A stretch of DNA of 64,000 nt from Eledone cirrhosa (taxonomy: Eukaryota). Positions 25,001 to 35,904 of the stretch are shown here, one piece after another; the first letter of the stretch is position 1, and each line of letters begins with the position of its first letter. The stretch lies in assembly GCA_964016885.1 (NCBI GenBank), contig OZ024755.1:21390001-21454000 (forward strand), written 5' to 3'. A program made the position numbers and the translations under genes. The notes under the pieces are model-generated. The model made no database searches, had not been told where the DNA came from, and was given only the letters and a program-made list of their open reading frames with translations.

Positions 25001-28000
25001 TTACCAAACTATTGCTACTATATATATATATATATATATATAAATATATATTAATTTATAACTCTATAAAGTTAACTGTCTCTAGTACGTAAACATCTCA
25101 ATTAAAGGATAAGATCATCATCATCATCATCACCACTTTACGTCCGCTTTTCCCTGCTTGCAAGGGTGGGACAGGAACTGATACTGGCTTGACTTCTACA
25201 GCTGGATGCCCTTCCTAACACCAACCTCATTTACAGTGTGGGCTGGTTGCTTTTTTGCAGTGGAATGATAGGGACCTCAGACCCTATCATCTCATTTCTA
25301 CAGCTGGGTAAACTGGAACAATGTGAAATAAAGTCTCTTGCTCAAGGAAACAACACATCACTCGGTCCGAGAATTGAACTCACAACCTTTCGATTGCAAG
25401 ACCAATGCTCTAACCGCTAAGCTATATGCCTCCATAAGATATATTAATAAATTATCCACTCAGAGAAGTATTAAATTATATTAAACTTCAGCCCAAATCT
25501 CATTTTGGGAGGATATAAGCCTTTTTTTTTTTTTTTTTAGCCAATTTGGCTTATATCCCCCAAATGAGATTTTGGCTTAAGTTTAGTGTGTGTATGTATA
25601 TACATATATATATATATATTTCATCTTTACCAATTCTATTGTTTATTTGATATTACAGGTCAGCAAATAGTAAGGCTTCCTGACGGCCGTCTGCAATTGA
25701 TAACACTTCCAACAACTGCTCCTACTGTAGCTACGGTTTCTACAACTACCACACCCGGTCAAGTACGTCCTCAAGTGACCATCCGACCACAACAGCAGAC
25801 CGTTTTACTCAGCACTTCTGCCGCTGCTGGTGCAACAGCTCAGCCTACTAGACTTGTTGTACCTGCTGCTGCAAATACGCAAGCCACTGCTACTGCCACT
25901 GCAACTGCCCCGAGCACCACTCCAAATGTTGCTGGAACAACAACAACAACGACGACGACAACAACAGCAACAGCTGCTCCAGCTGCACCAGCTGCAGCGA
26001 CGCCGGCAGCAGTAGCAACAACAACAACAACAACAACGGCGGTGGCAACAACAGCAGCCACAGCAGCAGCAGCAGCAGCAACAACAACAACACCAACAGC
26101 AGCAGCGGTAGCAGCAGCGGCAACAACAGCAGCAGTAGCAACCACAACAGCAGTTGCAACTGCAGCTACAGCAACTGTTCCTGCAGTAACAACAACAACT
26201 GCACTTACTCCTGCAGCTACCACTAGTGCAATGGTTTCCTTGTCTAATTCCAAAGTCATTCAAAATACCAGCACCACAACAATACTAACCACCGTTGTAT
26301 CTCGTCCAGCTGTCAACACTGGGGTACCTACAAGCACCACTATGTTAACAGCTTCCCCACTAACTAGTCGTGTGATTGCCAAACCTATTGTCTCTGTGGT
26401 TACAAGTCGCCCTGGTACAACAACAGTCCCTATTGCTATTATGAACACAGGTGGTGTTGGTGGCACCAGTGTTTTGACAACAGCCCGTCCTCTTACTGCC
26501 CAGGCTGCTGGCTCTAATGCTCCTGCAACTACCTCCAGCACAGTCACTCAAGCAACTGCAGCTGTCACTGCTACTACAACTACAAAATATGCACTAACTC
26601 CTCAAGTTGTGCAACAAGGTATGAAACTATTTGATTTTTTTTAAAGATTTAGATTTTGTTTCTACTTTCTTTTCTTGCAACAAACCTAGTTTTCTTTTGT
26701 AGAACACTTTTGGCTTCCCTGATTTTAGTTTTATTAATAATAATTGTTTCTACTTTTGGCACAAGACCAGAATTACCCCAGTGCATTACTTGTGCTTCAT
26801 TTTGTCGACTCTGTAAGGATGAAAGGCAAAGTTAACCTCGGCGGGATTTGAACTCAGATTCTAAAGGGCCCGTAATTCTATGCTGCAAAGCATGGCGGCT
26901 GACTCTCTACTGATACTGCCACCTTCCAATCCACTGCCAATGATAATAATAATAATATTAATAATAATGAAATTATTGTGTACAGTGCTCTTTATGAAAT
27001 ATTGAAATAGCTGAGTGGATATCATAAGTTGTGTGATTCACAGCAGGCACTTTAGTCCTTAATCCTTTTGATACCAACCTAGTCAAAACTGGCTCTGCTT
27101 CTATGAAGCAAAAATCAGACATTTTAAAATCCCTAACATATTTTTATATCAAGTTACTCTCTTAGTAATGGAATAGATTGTATTTCATTAGAAATACAAT
27201 CATGAATGAGATAAGTCATCATCATCATCACTTACCATCTTCTCAAAGTATAGATACTGACCTCGCAGGGGATAAGGAGCTTGAATCTTGCTTATATATG
27301 TTCCTGCCCCTTACCAAGTGCACAGATGGGTTGGTGGTCTGCCATTCACATACAATCTCATGTACTACCGAGTGCATTTTATTGTGACATCAACACTAGA
27401 GCAGTGTGTCTTTGACACAGTTTAATGGTTCTCCTGACCCTTTCTTTTTTGGCAGGTTTCCTATGGCTGGATGCCCTTCCTATTATCAACCACTTCACAT
27501 GTACTGGGTGTGGTTATCATGTATATCCCCAACCACTTTACAGAGTGTACTGGGTGCATTTATCATGTATATCACCAACCACTTTACAGAGTGTACTGGG
27601 TGTGTGTATCATGTATATTACCAACTACTTTACAGAGTGTACTAGGTGCATTTATCATGTATATCACCAACACTAGAGAGGTTCTCATGACTTTGACACA
27701 GCTGAAAAGCTCTAATGTACAGATTGTGTGAAAGAAATATATATTTTGTTTTTAAATGAAGATTTTATCTATTTTCATTGCAGTTGTTCGACAAGCTTTG
27801 CTACAAAACCAAAGCCCGGAGATCCAAGCAAAATTGCTAGCATATCAGCGGCAAATGCAAGCACAAAAATCACAACCTATCACTACCTTACAAGCTCTTG
27901 CAGCTATACAAGGCAAATCTAAGGATAAGATCATTAGTGCATTGCCTCAACAATTGGTGCTAAAACAGGCTACAAGCTCAACCACTACGACCATCCCTGT

Positions 28001-28143
28001 AGTCACCAATACTGTTGCTACTACCGTGGAAACACCAAAAGCAAAGCCTAAAGCTCTCACTCCAGAACAGAAAGATGAACAAATTCGGTAATATACTGCT
28101 TATATATTTTGGTTTTGAAATATTAAGTAATACATGCATATAC

Positions 28144-28195
<52 letters not shown>

Positions 28196-31100
28196 TTGTA
28201 TGTGAAGGTGCTTGGTTTAGTTGTTGAAATATTTTCTCATCAAATGTGCATATACACACACATCCACATACACAGACACAGACACACACGCACAATAGTT
28301 GAGCCAGGTAAGTCTTAAAAAGTGTTTCTTCAACCTACTGGTTAAAACAGAATCCATAAACAGTACTGTTCAATGTTCCTTGTAAAGACAAATCATCTTT
28401 AATATTTAACGTCCACTTTTCTATACTGGCACAGGATGGATGGGTCATCACTGACAAAGTCAGATTGTATTCTCACCAACTGTCCTCTCATCAACTAGGA
28501 CCTCACATTTTACTTATGTTCCAGTTTTGATATGGTTTCTATGGCTGAATGCTCTTCCTATCACCAACCACTTTACAGTGTGTACGGAGTGCATTTTATC
28601 TTGGCATCAGTATTAGGGAGGTTATCATATCCTTGACACAACTGAAGAGTCCTCTCAACCCTTTCTGTAATAAGTCCTCTTTACAGTAAATAGGTTATTG
28701 TTGCTGTTTAGCCATGGTTAGTCGTGGCGGAATAGATACATGATATAGATAGTCAGTCAAATAACTAGGTACAATCCACAGATACTCGAAATATATCTTG
28801 TCAAAGCCTGTTTAAGGATCACACTACATTAATTGTATAGAGTGTAGTGTGAGAGTTATGACATATGTCATTTGCTCTAATGTCCTAATTGACTGAGCTT
28901 CTGGTGGTGGTCATATCAGAGGTAGGCAAAGATTGTATAGTGTAGTGTAACAGTTTGGACATATGACACCTTCTCTAATGTCAAGTCCTGTATGAGTGAA
29001 CTTCTGGTGGTCGTTGTATCAGAGGTAGACAAAGAAAGTAAGCTAGGCCTATCTAATTTATACTATAATCGAAATATCATCTCATCATCTGAGATAAGAC
29101 ATATTTGGATAAGAACCTCTTGCTCATACATTCCATATTTTAGCATGGTTTCTATTGTTGAAGGCCGTTTCTAATGCCAACCACATTACAGAGTGTACTG
29201 GGTGCATTTTGTCGTGGCATCAGTAATAACACTCAACAGTGTGTACTGAATGTATTTTATTGTTGCACAAACATTAGAGAGGTTGTAATGTGCAGGGCCA
29301 AACTGAAGATCCCTCTCTACTCTAGAGTGTCCCTGTTTGATTGTCAACCACATTACAGTATGTAAATATATGTCTGTATATCTAATATATGTCATATTAT
29401 ATTGTTTCTTGTAGTTTGTCTGTGTGTAGTCAAGCTATAAAGAATATCCTTGATAAAATTGAAAGAGAGGAGAAGGTAGAACAAAAAAGAATTAAGAAAC
29501 AAGAGTGTGCTGAGGAGAAGCAGAAGCGTGTTATTGCCTCCAAGCTTCAAGCTGTGCTCTTCAAACAAAAGGAAGCCTTGAAAAAAGAGATTTTACGTAA
29601 ACGTTCTTTAATGGAAAAGAATCTTCAACATGATATTCAGGTAATTTTGAGCAACTTTCACATTATTATTGTTTAAGAAATTATTATTATTATAAGGGCG
29701 GTGGATTGGCAGTATCAGTAGAGGGTCGGCCACCATGTTTTGCAGCATGGAGTTACGGCCCTTTATGATCTGGGGTTAACTTTGCTTTCATCCTTATGGG
29801 GTTGATAAAATAAAGTACCAGTCACGCACGGGTCGATTTAATCGACTTTCCCCTCCCCCTAAATTGCTGGCCTTGTGCCTATATAAGAAACCATTATTAT
29901 TTGGCAGTATTGGTAGAGGGTCGGACGCCATGCTTTGCAGAATAAAGTTACAGCCCTTTACGGTCTAAGTTCAAATCCCTCCGAGGTTAACTTTACCTTT
30001 TATCCTTACAGGGTTGATAAAATAAAGCACCAGTAATGCACTGGGGTTGATTTAATCGACTTTACTCCTCTCCTAAAATTGCTGGCCTTGTGCGAAAAGT
30101 AGAACAGTCATTATCATAATTAATTTTTAAAAAATATTATTATTATTATTGTTTGTATGAGGAAGAAGGGCAGTGCTGATGACCTCTTTCACTGCTTCTG
30201 AGATAGATGAGGAGGAAGAAATTATCCTAAAAGTAGAGACCTGGCCTAAATGATTGCAGCAGAGTTGACCCCATAAAGGTACCCAAGGGCCAGGCGGTGG
30301 AGTTAAATAAGGTGAAAGATTAAGTCTAAAAATAAACAGAGATTTATATCTCACACCTATGTTTGTTTAGCTGGTCTCCTATAGGAGGTTTCTTAGGTGT
30401 TTTAATGATTGAAAGTTCCGTCTTATCATGTTGTTACAGCACACACCTATGGGGGTTTAGCTGGCTTCCTTCAAAGTTACATCTCAAAGGATATTTCCTG
30501 GGTGTTTTAATGATAGGGAACTCAGTCCTACCAGGAAAAGCAACATAAAATGAAGCATCTTGCTCAACAACACATTCTACCTGGTCCAGGAATTGAACCC
30601 ACAACATTATGGTTGTCAGTCGAACAACCTAACCACTAGGTCACCTATGGCTGTTGTTTTTTCTCTCTCTATTTTCTTTTCATGTTTTGCTTTATGTTTT
30701 GATTTCCAGATGGAAATAAATGAATGCATCAAGAAACAGAAAAAGAAAACTGTTACAAAACCAGCAGTTGTTCCAACACCTCCAGTTGCTGCACGGCGTA
30801 AAGATGATACACTCAATACACCAGTTGCTGCACCTACACCTCCTGTTACTGTTACTGTTTCTAAAAAGAAGAAGCAGAAGATTATATCAACGGGCAAATC
30901 TTTTAATCCAGCAGAAAAATTGTATTGTATATGCAAGACTCCGTATGACGACTCAAAGTAAGTAAAGCATTCTGTTATTGTCATCTTTACACTGACATAA
31001 ATGTCCTGTTCCTGGCTGTATACACATGTATAGCATCTGAGAAACAGTAGAAGACATACTTTAAACCAGGGCTTCTCAAAGTGAGCCATATAAACCCCCT

Positions 31101-34100
31101 AGGAGTAAATAAAAGCTTAGGGGTCCACAGAGGTGGAATTTTCTTTGTCACTCAGATGTATTTCATGTGTATACAAAAAGACAGTTAACATTCACTGCAT
31201 ACTCCAGAAGATATTCTTTATGTTTAATTATGCACCAACAAACATATTGCAGAGGGTACTTCATGAATGTGTATCTGTAAAGACAGGTAAGGCAATTGTA
31301 CTTCATTTGATGCTCACATATTTTATGTTCTACATCAAGATATGTCTGTCGAAACATGGATGTTAAAAAAATAAAGAAGAAAAGTGGATCCCTGTTGATT
31401 TCAGCAATGAGTGTTTGGTCAATGGAATGACCTACTTTTTAAATTAATGTGTAAGTGGCTGAGTATTTCACAGACATGTGTACCCTTAATGTTATTCACA
31501 GGGACATTCAACATGACACAATCTGTGACAAGGCTAGCTCTTTAAATTACAGGTACGTCCACATGACAGTCTTCAGAGCAGTTTAAGTCTACCCAATTTC
31601 ACTGTTAAGATTTGGGTCAACTCAAGTCTATAGTAGAAGATACTTTCTCAAGATGCCACACGGTGGAACGGAACCCAAAATTTTATGATTTTGAAGTGAA
31701 CGACTCAACCATGTGACCATGTTGAATCTTTGACACAGATGTATTTTGTGTACAACCATTAAATAAAAACACCTTCACTGTTTATGTACCACATCAGCAA
31801 CTATAATTTAGATGCATTTCGGTAAAGTATATTAACTTTGCATTTCTATACTATTATTACTAGTGTTAACATGCTGGTCAATTTAATGTCCACATTTGAG
31901 CCTCATCAATCAATATATACTCTGAAATCCAAAATATGAATTACCAAGTAAAGGTGGTCAGAAATGACTCTTCAATAAACACAAACAAATATTTTAAAAA
32001 AAGGGCAATTGTTTTTGACAAACAAAAGGGTTGGGATGACTCAGTTTTGTCAAAGACATGACAACCTCTCGTGTGCACTTGGGGTAGCGTTGACTGTACA
32101 TAAATCGAGATACTGATCCCTGGCCTGTCTGGTAGATCAGAGGCTCTACTTCAGTACTGACTTGGTCCATGTAGACCCATCCAACCCTTGCTAGCAGAGA
32201 AACCATGTTAAAACGACAATGATGACGATACTCCCATGTTCACTGATGAGATCGACCTAGTAGTAATGAAACAAGATACTTGGAGGAAAACAAAACAAAA
32301 GGGGAGGTTGTAGCTGTTTACCATTTTCCTCTATTTTGACATTTGATATTAATGGACAGATTTGTGATATAGCTACACAATAATAACATTGAAGAAAAAA
32401 AAATTTATTGGTTGGTTTGTTTAATTTATGCTGCATCTTGAAGAGTGTTCACATGCCATGAGTATTTGAAAATTCTTTTTTCAGAAATGTTCTTTCTTTT
32501 TACAAAGGTTACATAAAAATAATATTTATTATTATAATCAATTAATATTACTGAATAATTTTCTACAAGGTAAGTTGGTCATCAACATGGTACTACAGAA
32601 TTTTATTCTCCATGCTTCATATTCATGGTTTGAATTTTCTTGGGAAATCATCTGTCAAAATACATTATTGATGGTGTGTGTGTGTGTGTCAGCATCCTTC
32701 TCATTCAGATTATCAACATTGTCTGATAAACAGTTTAAAAAATTCTCTCCACTTTTGCCATTGGTTGTCATCATCTTATTCATCCCATCCTTGCATGTAT
32801 GACTCATATTAAAGCAGTTATCGTCGGTGTAGCTCATCTCTCTTTGTAGTTATTCTTCTGTTTCGTTCTGGTTATTGCAGTTATTTTCAGGTTTTCGTTT
32901 ATAGCAATATTCAAATCTGTTTTCCACTCGACGATGGCAACTTTTATATTGTCTCCCTTCTTTTGAATTCATCGGGTTTTTATCATTTAAAAAAAAAAAA
33001 TTAGTTTTAATGATATAATAAAAAAACATATTTCCCTTCCCTTAATTTCAAATTAAACTGGAGAGATATTCAGACTGTGGTAACACTAAGCAGATAGTAG
33101 GCTAAATTGGGGGTGGAAGGTGGTTACTTTGTGGAGCAGGGAATGGGGTAAAATGGACACTTTAGTGATTTATTGCATCAATAACCGATGCTTTGCCAAA
33201 TTCCATGATTTTCACATAGTAGAGTAATAGTATGATGATTAAGGAGAGAAGATTATTGCTATTTTAAGCTCTCTCTCTTTCCTGATTCTATCTCTCTCAC
33301 ACACACACATACACAAGGACCTTTCCTTCTATGATATATCTAGATCTTGTGACCTGCCTGATGGTTTCACAATTAATTTACTTGAGATAGCTGCTGGATG
33401 TACATAGCAGTTTCTCTTTGCTATATTCCTTGACCAGTCAGTTTGGTGACTCTAATGTTTCCAAAAAAACTATCTGAAGCCATCAAGTGATCTTCTGCTG
33501 ATCTGGCTCTCTGGCTATCTTCTAGCCTACTGCCCTCGATGGGCGATTAGATTGGTGTAAATGAAGGGTTGTTCTGTTTTGCTACAGGTTCTACATTGGT
33601 TGTGATCTGTGTTCCAATTGGTTCCATGGGGCCTGTGTAGCTGTTTCTGAGGAGCAGGCTCAGGATATAGAATCCTACGTATGCGATGAATGCAAGTTGC
33701 ATCGAGAGAATACATCAGAAGAGCTCTACTGCATTTGCAGGACTCCTTATGACAAGTCTCAGTAAGTAGGAACTCCAACTCACATCAGAAGAACAATATT
33801 TATTTTACTTTCCTTTCTTCTTTTTTTTTTTTTACTTTGATTCTGTGACTGCTTGTAAAGTCTGTCTGTCTCCTTTCTCTCTTTTTTCTCTCTCTGTTCC
33901 CCTGATGGAAACATTTTGTCTATGTCCGCATGTAGTATATACTAACTCTAGCTGCTTGAGGAAGGTTCCTCTAAAGCCTGATCACTACAGTGGTGTATTA
34001 TTGGGGTTGTCTGTGTCATTTGCTCTCATATTTCTCTATTCATTGTCCTGCATGTTTCAGTTCATAAATTCTACACATTTGAATCTGTTGAAAATTTCCT

Positions 34101-35155
34101 TTTTTTTTTTCCCCCCCCTCGTATTTTACATCTCATCTATTTTTCTTTCACAGTTTAGTGTTAGTAAAATGTTAGCAAATTCTGTTCAGTCTTTGTCTAG
34201 TCTTTCATCAATATATATAAAATATAGTCCCATGATGCATCCTCCCTGTTTTAGCCAAAATGGAGAGGGCTCTCCATTGGGACTATACTTTATACTGCGA
34301 ACCATACATGCATTGAGTACTACTCTGATTTGCAGTCTTCCTGGTCTTTGAACTGTGAGCACTGCATATATATATATGGTGGCTGCCAACTCGTTTTCGA
34401 GTACGGCCACTACTTTATATCCATGTAGGAGAACCCCTACCGATGCGCTGAACGAGTGTGACTTTTTAGTCCAGCCAGCGACTTGAAAACTCTGGTACAA
34501 ACACTACACTTGTGACAATTACTGACACATAGTGCTGGGCCCATGGTACCATGTGACGACAAGTGCAGAGAGATCTCCAGATATAAAGCAATGCCTGTGC
34601 CGTGAAGCTTTTATAGTGAGCAAAGGCACTGCACAAAGCCAGTCCCACTCTCTTAACCAAGATGATATTTACCAAAAAGAAGAACAAGTCAACATCATTG
34701 GATACCATCAGGGTTGCAGGTGTTATATCAGAGTTTTCCTTCTCCTAGAATTCTGCCTTGACAAAGGCTAAGGGGTCATCTCTCCCGGTGATTTTGGATG
34801 GCCATTGACTCTTAAGAGCTCCTTTGCCCTTTGACAGGTTTTGTTTTTAGTCCTGCAGGATGTCCAAAGTCACCCTCCTCACCAAGAAACCTTGGTGGGG
34901 TTGCCAGTTTAGTCGCCAACGACCCGACCATGGGACAGGTTGTACTGGGATACATGTTACCAGTAGCACCAACTGGTGACCTGACATACATATATATATA
35001 TATATATACATATATACACACATACTTTATTTCATGTTGCTCCTTCTACCTGGAGTTGCGACCGATAGTATTAGCAATTGGAAAGACAACAAAAACATTG
35101 TTTCATCGGTCCAATTTGACGAAAGTCGATCGAAAAGAAAATACACACATACATG

Positions 35156-35191
<36 letters not shown>

Positions 35192-35865
35192 CATACACAC
35201 ACATGGGTTACATCGAACATTAATAAAAATGTTCAATTCGTTTGTAAACAAACGGCCCGATTTGAAGCTGTTTTGTGCCGGTGACCGATCGTCATCTGTT
35301 TGTTCAACACTGGCTTTGAGGAACAATCAACATGTTTCTGGGTCATTACCCTTCATCAGGACTATACCTCAGCCAGTCTGTTGAACGGTTGAAAATATCT
35401 ATTATTTTCTTGAATACACATTGGCTGAGTAGCCTCATTTGCATACCGAGCGAGCTACGGCTAGCCTTGCCGAATATTAAAAATAAAATTAGAATTTTAT
35501 TTCTTGTATGTGGTTGATGGCTGAGAGAAAAGAGTATATATATATATATATATATATTCATTTTATTAAGTCTGTGATAAACAGATGAAACTCTAGAGTA
35601 ACAAAGACAGACCATGTAGCCTTAATAAATGAATATTAAAACTCTACTTTGGTATTGAGTATTCTTTTCTCTCAGCCATCAACCACGTATGAATATATAT
35701 ATATCTTTTGTCGCATCATCAGTCTGAGGAGCAGATCGATACTGGAGTCTGGTTCATAACTCCTATTGGTCTCCTTCAGCCAATCCTCTGCGAAACACGT
35801 GCTTAACAAGTCGATATGCAATAAATATTTTTCATATGTAAACAAAACTTCCTTGTTTTTTCTAT

Positions 35866-35904
<39 letters not shown>

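Noticed and set aside
25805-26263. Cys-rich metallothionein- or keratin-like ORF
   Set aside because: Antisense reading of the ACA/GCA tract in a BPTF exon.
32232-32295. Hammerhead-like CTGATGA...GAAACAAGATACTTG
   Set aside because: Stems I and II pair poorly and the NUH triplet is missing; at best a very decayed relic.
33380-33587. Editing-complementary sequence or poison acceptor upstream of the PHD cassette exon
   Set aside because: Short complementary patches are not nested consistently, and the alternative AG near 33525 has no independent support.
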